The notes under the pieces were generated by a model, which was given only the letters and a program-made list of their open reading frames with translations, ran no database searches and was not told where the DNA came from. Position numbers and translations under genes: made by a program. From positions 1,888,001-1,952,000 of the forward strand of contig OZ220744.1 in NCBI GenBank assembly GCA_965116925.1: a stretch of 64,000 bases of DNA, read 5' to 3'. Each line of letters opens with the position of its first letter. Positions within the stretch are counted from its first letter, which is position 1. The stretch is from Candidatus Poribacteria bacterium (GTDB taxonomy: Bacteria > Poribacteria > WGA-4E > PCPOR2b). Positions 1-8,940 of this stretch are shown here, in pieces.

Positions 1-549
1 TATGCCTTTTCAAGTCGATTCCCACCGAGTGCAGGGACAACCGGCTATACGCCGGTAGAGGGTGCCACCTTCGACGGTTGGGTCGGATCTGACCGAAACG
101 TTGAACCTAGCACCATCACCGATGACGAGTGGGCTTACCTCTGTGCGCCGCAGGGGATGCCTTCCGAACTGTATAACCTGAGAACTGACCCCGACCAAAA
201 ACATAACGTCGCTGATGCCCATCCCGATGTGGCTGAACGGATGCGCCGGGCTTGGATTGACTTTCTTGAGGATCACAGTGCCTCCGAAACGCGCATTCGC
301 CCCTTCCAAGATGCAAACGTCGAAGTGCACACGCCGACAAGCGGAACGGTGTACGCCTTCCGAGATGATCAAGGACAATGGATCGCTTACCCCACTGAAG
401 GACAAGCACGACGCGCTGCATATCACGACGATGCACCGGGACCGAAGCGGGAGATCCAAAAGATAACCTTCGGCGACCTACTAGCCGATAATCCGAAAAA
501 CCTGATTCACCTATACGGGCAGTATTACTGGGCACAAGATCTGGCTTAA
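1..549 (+). CDS. Sulfatase-family protein, C-terminal part (5' end outside window)
   Basis: Frame open from base 1 (YAFSSRFPP...DEWAYLCAPQGMPSELYNLRTDPDQKHNVADAHPDV); ELYNL..DP.Q..N is the typical sulfatase C-terminal motif. Confidence 0.7.
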   Translation, partial: YAFSSRFPPSAGTTGYTPVEGATFDGWVGSDRNVEPSTITDDEWAYLCAPQGMPSELYNLRTDPDQKHNVADAHPDVAERMRRAWIDFLEDHSASETRIRPFQDANVEVHTPTSGTVYAFRDDQGQWIAYPTEGQARRAAYHDDAPGPKREIQKITFGDLLADNPKNLIHLYGQYYWAQDLA

Positions 550-588
550 TAACCTTTCACATCGTTGCAAATGGAGATTTTCCAAACC

Positions 589-1425
589 ATGGCAGGAACA
601 CAAACTTTAGAAAACACATCAATCGAGATTATCCACGAGATTGAGCGGGCAAATATTCAGCACGCGCTGTTTGATTTCGACGGAACGATCTCCCTCGTTC
701 GCGACGGGTGGCAGACTGTCATGGTGCCCATGATGGTAGACATCCTGCTTGAGGAGACGCAGACCGATGAAACGCCGGAAGAGTTAGAACAGGTCGTTGT
801 TGAATTTGTGGATAACCTGACCGGCAAGCAGACTATTTATCAAATGATGCAACTGTGCGAAGAGGTTGAAAAACGAGGCGGGGTCCCCAAGCAACCGTTG
901 GAATACAAAGATCTATATAACAGTCTGCTCCTACCAACCGTGGATAAACGCATCGCCAAGCTGGCAAACGGAGAGATTGAAGCCGCGGATCTGCGCGTAC
1001 CGATGTCCCTTGAGTTCCTACAGTCCTTGCAGAAACGTGGTATTAAACGTTACCTCGCTAGTGGGACCGATGTTGAATTTGTTCGCCATGAAGCAGGATT
1101 ACTAGGTGCGGCCTCCTACTTTGATGGGGGGATCTTCGGGGCATTGCGGGAGTATCAAAACTTCTCGAAGGCGATGGTGATTCAGCAGATCTTCGATGAC
1201 TTCAATCTAACTGGAAGCGAGCTGCTAGTGGTCGGAGACGGTTCGGTGGAGATTGAAAACGCGAAAACTGTCGGCGCAATCGCCGTGGGTGTCACCTCTG
1301 CGGAGAACAACCGTTACCAAATGAACGCGGACAAACGGGGCAGGCTACTTCACGCCGGTGCAGATATTCTGATCCCCGACTTTCAGGACGGGGATCAACT
1401 CTTAGCCTATCTTTTTGATCGTTAA
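589..1425 (+). CDS. HAD-superfamily hydrolase
   Basis: Motif I LFDFDGT, motif II LASGT, motif IV VVGDG..E; ATG at 589 preferred over TTG at 565. Confidence 0.85.
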   Translation: MAGTQTLENTSIEIIHEIERANIQHALFDFDGTISLVRDGWQTVMVPMMVDILLEETQTDETPEELEQVVVEFVDNLTGKQTIYQMMQLCEEVEKRGGVPKQPLEYKDLYNSLLLPTVDKRIAKLANGEIEAADLRVPMSLEFLQSLQKRGIKRYLASGTDVEFVRHEAGLLGAASYFDGGIFGALREYQNFSKAMVIQQIFDDFNLTGSELLVVGDGSVEIENAKTVGAIAVGVTSAENNRYQMNADKRGRLLHAGADILIPDFQDGDQLLAYLFDR

Positions 1426-1564
1426 CCTGCAATACGCCCAATGCCTTAGCTTTAGGTATTCAACTGCGTAAGTCCCCCTGATAAGGGGGATTTAGGGGGG
1501 TGGCTGTGTATTGAGAGTGTCTCATTAATTCTAACATCTACTCTAATCTCAACCATTTTTTTAG

Positions 1565-1593
1565 GGCGTAATGCCATATTATGGCATTACGCC
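1565..1593. promoter_or_regulatory. 29-bp palindrome, copy 1 (putative operator)
   Basis: GGCGTAATGCCATA-T-TATGGCATTACGCC, perfect 14-bp arms; flanks homologous to 12483-12580. Confidence 0.6.
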
Positions 1594-1827
1594 TTAAATT
1601 TGGTTAGCATTTTGAGGGCATTGGTTGATATATTTTATGAGTGAAGAGGTGTGCATAATTCTTCTCGGAGAACATGCCAGTGATTTTGCTTGAGTGATAC
1701 CTCCTTGTGGAATACGGCGTTGCGTACCTTGCTTAAACAGTTGTATAATTTTAGTGGGGAAAAGGTTGCGGACACCAACTGACCTCAATCAGGGAGACCG
1801 ATTTAGGACACAGAGGAGGAAAGACAG

Positions 1828-3016
1828 ATGCAACGGAGATACAATCTCACACATTTCATTTTAGCTGGCGTTGTCGTATTAGTGCTGACACTACTGATGG
1901 TACGCGTTGACGCACAGGCACGGATTGCCTTCATGTCTGATAGGGATGGGAACTGGGAAATCTATGTGATGGACAACGATGGGGGCAATCAGCGAAATCT
2001 CACTAATAATCCTAGTGATGATAGGGACCCCTCATGGTCCCCTGACGGCAAACAGATTGCCTTTACTTCTAGTACACTGTCAGGCAAATTATGATTGTCT
2101 ATATGGATCGAGACTCATAATACTTCGTAGGGGTCACCCGACCCCCGCACTGGCAAATAAGGGCGGGGAGACCCCGCCCCTACAATTTATTTTCGTGCTT
2201 TGCACTTTCTACATGAGCCCTGATTGAAAGCAAACGATAACATATATAATAATTCCAAAACTTATATGACTGAGTACTAGTAGGATGGACATTAAGGTTG
2301 AGAACCGTCAAGTCTACGTGATGGACAACGATGGTGGGAATCAACGAAGGCTCTCTAACAATGACTTCTCTGAGTTGCATCCCGCATGGTCGCCCGATGG
2401 TAAACGTATTGCCTTTGCTTCTGGTGGAGATATTGACATTACGCTTGGGAACCGTCAAATCTACCTGATAGACGCCGATGGACAGAATACGCGAAACCTC
2501 TCTAACAATTTCTTTAATGACGAAAATCCCTCATGGTCTCCGGACGGTAAAAGCATTGCCTTTGATACCTTGAGGGGTGGGAACATGGAAATCTACGTGA
2601 TGGACGACGACGGGGGCAATCAGCGAAACCTCACCAAAAATCCCCGTCATGACGAAAATCCCTCATGGTCCCCTGATGGTAAACGTATTGCCTTTGTTTA
2701 CCTTAGGGGTGGGAACAGAAACATCTACGTAATGGATAACGACGGGGGCAATCAACGAAAAGTCACCAAAAATCCCTTTAAGGATTGGGACCCCGCATGG
2801 TCTCCGGACGGTAAACGGATCGCCTTCGTGTCTAATAGGGAGGATGATGGGAACAGGGAAATCTTCGTGATAAACGCCGATGGGAGTAATCCTCGAAACC
2901 TCACCAATCATCCCGATGATGACGTTGCCCCTGCATGGTATAGTCCTGCTTTTACAGTTGCTCCCGCAGGCAAAAAGTTTAGAATGTGGGGACGGCTCAA
3001 GCAGGTCGACCGATAA
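1828..3016 (+). pseudogene. TolB-like (PD40 repeat) beta-propeller protein interrupted by a MITE
   Basis: ORFs 1828-2094 and 2285-3016 join in frame (AFTSSRMDIKVENRQVY) if 2073-2280 is removed; signal peptide and P.WSPDGK.IAF repeats. Confidence 0.85.
2073..2276. mobile_element. MITE (204 bp) with CTAG target duplication
   Basis: CTAG at 2069-2072 and 2277-2280; imperfect terminal inverted repeats TACACTGTCA / TGACTGAGTA; internal REP-like GTAGGGG...CCCCTAC hairpin. Confidence 0.8.
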
Positions 3017-3208
3017 CGCCATTATTGAGAGAATCGTGCTTGTTGAAATGCGGGAGCGTACCGGCGTGGGTCAGAAACCCCAAGGAAGGCGCGAAGACTT
3101 TATGCGATAATAATACGAGTGACCTCTTTAATTGGAAATGGGTTGTCAACACCAGATAACCTCTATCAACCCCAAAGAAAAAAATTGAAAACAGAGGAGG
3201 AATAGCAG

Positions 3209-4171
3209 ATGCAACGGAGATACAATCTGACACATTTTCTTTTGGCTAGCGTTGTCGTCTTGGGCCTAACGCCGCTGATGCTATGCGTTGAGGCACAGGC
3301 GCAGATTGCCTTCGTATCTGAGAGGGATGGAAACCCTGAAATCTACGTGATGGACAGCAATGGGAAGAATCAGCATAGACTTACCAATAATCCGCATGAT
3401 GACTGGGATCCCTCCTGGTCCCCCGACGGCAAACAGATTACCTTCATGTCTGATAGGGATGGGAACAGTGAAATCTACGTGATGGACAACGATGGAGGCA
3501 ATCCTCAAAACCTCACTAACAATGTTGGTGATGACAGGTCTCCCTCCTGGTCCCCCGACGGCAAACAGATTACCTTCATGTCTGATAGGGATGGGAACAG
3601 TGAAATCTACGTGATAGACAACGATGGGAGGAACCCACAAAGACTTACTGAAAATCCCAATGAGGACGATTTTCCCTCATGGGCCCCCGATGGTAAACAG
3701 ATTGTCTTCTCGTCTGCGAGGGCGGGGCACTTTGATTATGAAATCTACGTGATGGACGCCGATGGGAGGAATCCACAAAGACTTACTGAAAATCTAAAGA
3801 CTGACTGGGATCCCTCATGGTCACCGGACGGTAAACAGATTGCCTTCACGTCTGATAGGAAGGCTGCCTTTGAAAACTTTGAAATCTACGTGATGGACAC
3901 CGATGGGGCGAATCCACAGAGACTCACTGAAAATCGCGTTGATGACTGGGATCCCTCATGGTCACCGGACGGTGAACGGATTGCCTTCATGTCGGAGAGG
4001 GATGGGAACCCTGAAATCTACGTGATGGACAACGATGGGGGCAATCAGCAGAACCTTACCAATAATCCGCATGATGACTGGTCTCCCTCATGGTTTAACT
4101 CTCCTTTTTCGGTTTCTCCCGCAGGGAAAAAAATCATGATATGGGGTTGGCTCAAACGGGTTGACCGATAA
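3209..4171 (+). CDS. Secreted TolB-like PD40-repeat beta-propeller protein
   Basis: Signal peptide ending AQA, repeated [22 protein letters not shown] units, RBS GAGGAGG. Confidence 0.9.
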   Translation: MQRRYNLTHFLLASVVVLGLTPLMLCVEAQAQIAFVSERDGNPEIYVMDSNGKNQHRLTNNPHDDWDPSWSPDGKQITFMSDRDGNSEIYVMDNDGGNPQNLTNNVGDDRSPSWSPDGKQITFMSDRDGNSEIYVIDNDGRNPQRLTENPNEDDFPSWAPDGKQIVFSSARAGHFDYEIYVMDADGRNPQRLTENLKTDWDPSWSPDGKQIAFTSDRKAAFENFEIYVMDTDGANPQRLTENRVDDWDPSWSPDGERIAFMSERDGNPEIYVMDNDGGNQQNLTNNPHDDWSPSWFNSPFSVSPAGKKIMIWGWLKRVDR

Positions 4172-4233
4172 CTACCATTATTGAAAGAACGCAAGGATAA
4201 GAAATTGCTTTGAGAACAGAGGAGGAATAACAA

Positions 4234-5205
4234 ATGCAACGGAGATACAATCTCGCCCATTTGATATTAGCTAGTGTTATAGTCTTGGGCCTAACACCGT
4301 TAATGGTAACCGTTGATGCACAAGCACGGATTGCCTTTGAATCTGATAGGGATGGGCACATTAAAAACAACTCTTGGGCTTATGAAATCTACGTGATGGA
4401 CAACGATGGGGGCAATCAGCGAAATCTCACTAATAATCCTGCTGACGACAGGTCCCCTTCATGGTCTCCGGACGGCAAACGGATTGCCTTCATGTCGGAG
4501 AGGGATGGGAACCCTGAAATCTACGTGATGGACAACGATGGCGGGAATCAGCGAAACCTCACCAAGCATCTAGATAACGACAAGTCTCCCTCATGGTCCC
4601 CTGACGGCAAACGGATTGCCTTCGGGCGGCACGGGGCAATCTACGTGATGGATACCGATGGGGGTAGTCAACAAAGGCTCACTAAGGATCGCATGAATGG
4701 CGAGGATCCCTCATGGTCTCCCGACAGCAAACACATTGTCTTCGTGTCTAATAGGGCGGGGAACAAAGACATCTTCGTGATAGACGCTGATGGAAGGAAT
4801 CAGCGAAACCTCACCAATGATGACCGTTTTGATGAGGATCCCTCATGGTCTCCTGACGGTAAGCGCATTGCTTTTTCTTCTTGGAGGAATGGGATAGGTG
4901 AAAACAAAGACATCTTCGTGATGGACGCCGATGGTGCCAATCCGCAAAACCTCACCAATCATCCCGATAACGACTGGCATCCCGTATGGTCACCGGACGG
5001 CAAACGGATTGCCTTCGTGTCGAATAGAACTAAGGATTTGAATCGGGACATCTTCGTGATGGACACCGATGGGGGTAATCCGCGAAACCTCACCAATCAT
5101 CCCAATGATGACGAAGATCCTGCATGGTATCACCCTGTGCTTTCAGTTGCTCCTGCGGGTAAGACCCTCACGATATGGGGGCAGCTCAAGCAGGTGAACC
5201 GATAA
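4234..5205 (+). CDS. Secreted TolB-like PD40-repeat beta-propeller protein
   Basis: Same architecture as neighbours, RBS GAGGAGG, C-terminal VAPAGKTLTIWGQLKQVNR. Confidence 0.9.
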   Translation: MQRRYNLAHLILASVIVLGLTPLMVTVDAQARIAFESDRDGHIKNNSWAYEIYVMDNDGGNQRNLTNNPADDRSPSWSPDGKRIAFMSERDGNPEIYVMDNDGGNQRNLTKHLDNDKSPSWSPDGKRIAFGRHGAIYVMDTDGGSQQRLTKDRMNGEDPSWSPDSKHIVFVSNRAGNKDIFVIDADGRNQRNLTNDDRFDEDPSWSPDGKRIAFSSWRNGIGENKDIFVMDADGANPQNLTNHPDNDWHPVWSPDGKRIAFVSNRTKDLNRDIFVMDTDGGNPRNLTNHPNDDEDPAWYHPVLSVAPAGKTLTIWGQLKQVNR

Positions 5206-5271
5206 CTCCATTATTGACAGAACGGTGTTTAAGGATAAAAGCCCGATTTGAGAACAAAGGAGGAATGGCAG

Positions 5272-5718
5272 ATGCAACGAAGATATAGTCTCGCCCGTTT
5301 GACTTTAGCTAGCATTTTAGTCTTGGGTCTGACACCGTTGATGGCAGTCGTTGATGCACAGGCACAGATTGCCTTCATGTCTGATAGGGATGGGAACCCT
5401 GAAATCTTTGTGATGGACAGCAATGGGAAGAATCAGCATAGACTCATCAATAATCCCAATGGTGACTGGTCTCCCTCATGGTCATCTGCCGGCAAGCGCA
5501 TTGCTTTTATCTCTGATAGGGATAGGCACCCTGACGTTATACCCGGTTGGTTTACTTCTGAAATCTACCTGATGGACGCCGATGGGGGGAATCCTCAGAA
5601 CCTCACCAATAATCCTCATGATGAATGTTGTCCCTCATGGTTTAACTCTCCTTTTTCGGTTTCTCCTGTAGGCAAAAAATTCACGATATGAGGACAGCTC
5701 AAACAGCTCAATCGATAA
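5272..5718 (+). pseudogene. Shortened TolB-like paralogue with premature stop
   Basis: Only about two repeats; conserved tail Trp codon reads TGA (5689-5691), followed in frame by GQLKQLNR-TAA ending at 5718. Confidence 0.75.
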
Positions 5719-5911
5719 CTGCCATTATTGGGAAAGCAGCATTGTCGAGATATGAATCTCGACCTACACGAGTAGGAAATAGATGATCATCCCTAGTGGT
5801 TCAGAACAAATGGAATGAAGGTCTCTGTTCCCTAGGAACGACTCGGTTCCAAGTCCAGCGGGGGTTTTCAATGTCAACATGTCTAGCAACTTAGGCTATT
5901 TTAACTCCCTA

Positions 5912-6070
5912 TAGGACTTACGCAGTTGCGCTCTCAAAGTTCTGTAGTTTGGCGATTCATCGTCACACAAGATAACTCTCAACGCCCGATGAATCGGGCA
6001 ACTACAGTAGGCACCGGTTCTGTTTCGTAGGGAACGCGGATCTGCGTTCCCTATTGAAGTGCGTAACTCC
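5912..6070. mobile_element. MITE with GGACTTACGCA-type termini carrying REP-like hairpins
   Basis: Ends TAGGACTTACGCA / TGCGTAACTCC; inverted homologue at 36556-36718. Confidence 0.7.
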
Positions 6071-6075
6071 CATCC

Positions 6076-7986
6076 CTATTGAGCCCGTCGTGGTATCCTA
6101 TAAATCCAAACATAGTCGATGCCGTTAAGGGTTATCACATGTTCTAGCTCACCGTTGAGCGTTCCCGTTTGCGGCACCCATCCCGCTTGGGATTCGCGGA
6201 TATGGACCACCTCATAATCTGGGACGATTTCTTCATCTGGGTTGGGCCAGTGCACCTGCCCGGCAAAGTAGGGAAGAAAGAGGTGGGCACTTGGCGGAAA
6301 GGTTTTAACACTTAATGCTTGTGCATTTGGTTTCTTATTTAGGTATTTTGCCGCGAGATCGTATCCCACGCCCCCGCCTTCACCGACTGTAATAATTTTT
6401 CTGATATCAGTGAGTTTGAAGCAGAGGTTGTAGTAGGTGCCGTAGTAGGGGTGAAGCCGGAGGATCGGCACGATTTGGATTAGGAAGAGACAGAGGACGG
6501 TCACGATAGAAAAGGTAAGTTTTTGGGCATTTGCTCCGGTTCCAAACCGGGAGTCGATATAGGAGTAGCCCCATTTAAGAAACTCAAAAAAGCCGATAGC
6601 GGCAAGTATCTCCAGCATTGGGAAAGCGGGGAGCAGATACCGACTAAACTTCTTGCTCGTTAGCGAGAGACAGAGGGTAAACAGTAGGACAACTACTACC
6701 AACGCAAGAGCTATCCGAAACTGTCGCGCATACCCTTCCTCATGGCGTTTCCTCCACAGAAAGAGACACCCGGCGAATGCTAAAGGAAGCGTCAACGGCG
6801 TGGTATTTATACAGAGTACCAACGGGTAGAAGAGCCAGCCGGGGTCATGTAACACCTGTCCTAAGAAAAAGTGTTGAAGGTTATGCGGCGTAGTAATCGC
6901 CCACGCAACACCATCGAACACCCACCAAACGGTCCGGACCATATAGCCGGATACCACACCTATCACCACGACCGATGAAAAATATAGGGTGAGGCGTTGA
7001 CGCACCCCTTTCTGTAACTCCCGATACGTGAGCAGCGTGATGCCTAACAGACACACCCCAAACACCAAAAAGACGGGGTTCCAAAAGATGGGCAACAACG
7101 CGAAAACGGTGAGTAACGTGCAACTCAGGAAACAGAGCCCCGCCCCAAGCCCCCGTAAAAAGAACTGCCGCCACGTCTCCTCCCGATTCCGAAACAGGGC
7201 GAAGCAGATAGGCACCCACAAGAGAAGAATAAGGGCATTGCTTTTGGAAAGGCAGGCTAGACCGAATGCAATTCCAGAACCGACAAGGTAACGACGTTTT
7301 TGAGGTGTTTGACAATAGAGCAGGAAGGACAGGACCGTTAACAGGATAAACATCGCCGCCAACGCATCGGTGTGGACGCGACGGGATTGGGCTAATAAGA
7401 GTGGGGAGAAGGATAGAAACACCGCACCGATGATTGCAACCCAACGTCCAAACAACCGATATAGCAGCACCGCTGCTACACCAATCCCGATTAACAAGGC
7501 GACGCCGATGAACCACCGGGCTAACGCTAAGCCTTGAATACTTATATGGGGTTCAGTAAATAGGGTGCGCAGGGCAGCAAGCCACATCGTTATGACACCG
7601 GGGTGGAAGGTGACGAGGGTTTCTGAAAAGGCACCCATATCGACCGCGGCCATAAACACTGTACTATGGTCCAACCACCCACGTTCATCAGAAGTCCAGT
7701 GGGCACCCAAAGAGAACAGCCGAGGTACACTCGCAGCCACAAATAAGCATACACCAAACAAGAGTGAAGAAGAAGTTTTCAGGGAGAACGGTTTCATTGG
7801 GAGGTGGATTGTGCACCGGCAGGAGTTGGATTGGGCGGTTCTCTCAAGAATCTGCTGTACCTGATTTGCCAATATCCGTTTCCTGCCTTCTTTATATTCG
7901 TGATTGGCATACATTTCCCGAAAGGCTATTAGCCCGAGAACGTCACCAATCGTTTGGGAGATGTAATTCGTTCGCCTTTTGTTCAT
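6076..7986 (-). CDS. GT-C fold glycosyltransferase (ArnT/PMT-like, family 39/83)
   Basis: Many TM segments, WTSDE acidic motif after TM1, FHPG, HTDAL, LSKS, RYLLP; start may lie downstream at MKPFSLK. Confidence 0.85.
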   Translation of the reverse strand: MNKRRTNYISQTIGDVLGLIAFREMYANHEYKEGRKRILANQVQQILERTAQSNSCRCTIHLPMKPFSLKTSSSLLFGVCLFVAASVPRLFSLGAHWTSDERGWLDHSTVFMAAVDMGAFSETLVTFHPGVITMWLAALRTLFTEPHISIQGLALARWFIGVALLIGIGVAAVLLYRLFGRWVAIIGAVFLSFSPLLLAQSRRVHTDALAAMFILLTVLSFLLYCQTPQKRRYLVGSGIAFGLACLSKSNALILLLWVPICFALFRNREETWRQFFLRGLGAGLCFLSCTLLTVFALLPIFWNPVFLVFGVCLLGITLLTYRELQKGVRQRLTLYFSSVVVIGVVSGYMVRTVWWVFDGVAWAITTPHNLQHFFLGQVLHDPGWLFYPLVLCINTTPLTLPLAFAGCLFLWRKRHEEGYARQFRIALALVVVVLLFTLCLSLTSKKFSRYLLPAFPMLEILAAIGFFEFLKWGYSYIDSRFGTGANAQKLTFSIVTVLCLFLIQIVPILRLHPYYGTYYNLCFKLTDIRKIITVGEGGGVGYDLAAKYLNKKPNAQALSVKTFPPSAHLFLPYFAGQVHWPNPDEEIVPDYEVVHIRESQAGWVPQTGTLNGELEHVITLNGIDYVWIYRIPRRAQ

Positions 7987-8170
7987 TTGCTGCTCTGCTT
8001 CGGAGCAGTGAGAGGCAACGCAATTACTGCCTAACAGGGCGGAATGCTCATCTAGGATAATTTGTAGATAGGTTGGTGCCTATTCTGCTTAGGACCCAAC
8101 TATCGCAGCAAGTAGGTTGTTATGCTAAAAGCCCCTGAAGAGACCTTTAGCATAACGAAGCTGCCTAATT

Positions 8171-8398
8171 TTACTGACTCGTGCAGCACCAGCCAGCCCT
8201 TCGGGCATGGAGCATCGTTTGCGTTCGGTGCCCTTTCGTACATGTGAAGTGCGGGTGGCCATCGGCAGGCAGGTTACCGTTAATGTCCTGACCTGGGTCT
8301 GCCTCTGCATCATAGGTAAAACATGTAATCATTGACACAGCTAACAGACTGAGTGCGAAAATGAAAACCATTCCGAGGATCACTGCTTTCCGTAACAT
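8171..8398 (-). CDS. Small secreted Cys/His-containing peptide (75 aa)
   Basis: RBS AAGGAG before ATG 8398; Sec signal ending AEA; mature DPGQDING...HPHFTCTKGH...GWCCTSQ. Confidence 0.65.
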   Translation of the reverse strand: MLRKAVILGMVFIFALSLLAVSMITCFTYDAEADPGQDINGNLPADGHPHFTCTKGHRTQTMLHARRAGWCCTSQ

Positions 8399-8574
8399 TG
8401 TGTTTAACTCCTTTCGGATTTGCAGAAGCAAGCCACTCCTGCTGTTAGGGATAGAATTTTCTAAATCTTCCAATTTCGGGACAGGCATGAACAAGTTTTA
8501 CAGTTCACAACTTCATCTGTCCCGTTGCGATTATAAAATACCAGCTAATAAATAGAAAATCCAGTCACCTTTTG

Positions 8575-8603
8575 GGCGTAGTGCCATATTATGTCAGTAC
8601 GCC
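8575..8603. promoter_or_regulatory. 29-bp palindrome, copy 2 (oriented to minus strand)
   Basis: GGCGTAGTGCCATA-T-TATGTCAGTACGCC; minus-strand TATAAT at 8535-8530. Confidence 0.6.
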
Positions 8604-8693
8604 TTGAAATTAATTGCAGATTGAATAGAAATAGCTTGTCAACCTTGAATTGATAGGTCTAAATCCAGATTTTTAATCAAGATTAAACGGGGG

Positions 8694-8910
8694 TATGACT
8701 TACGCAGTTGAGTAATCAGCACCTAAGGCCCCCCTCTATCGTTGGGGCAGATTTCCTAATCTGCCCACAGGTTGGGAAACCTGTGTCTACGAGGGCAGCT
8801 GTGAAAGGATTATATTGCTTTGAATCCCGCCTGTCCCGATTTATCGGAGATTTATCGGGGCAGGCGGAAATAGGGATAACGATTTGCACAACCAAAGTGC
8901 GTAAATCCTA
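8694..8910. mobile_element. MITE with GACTTACGCA-type termini
   Basis: TATGACTTACGCA ... TGCGTAAATCCTA ends, several internal hairpins. Confidence 0.65.
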
Positions 8911-8940
8911 ACTTGGATAGCGGTTCAACGGTGAGGATTA

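Noticed and set aside
3040..3120. Possible riboswitch between TolB paralogues
   Set aside because: No recognisable aptamer consensus; absent from the equivalent spacers of the other paralogues
5689..5691. TGA recoded as Trp or Sec
   Set aside because: TGA ends several other genes normally (e.g. 30827, 34673, 50725) and this paralogue is also internally shortened; a nonsense mutation is simpler
1828..5718. Diversity-generating retroelement template/variable repeat pair
   Set aside because: No reverse transcriptase in the window and no evident adenine-specific pattern in repeat differences
5785..5870. tRNA-like fragment (TAGTGGTTCAG ... GGTTCCAAGTCC)
   Set aside because: No consistent acceptor or anticodon stems and no CCA; cannot be supported without a covariance-model search
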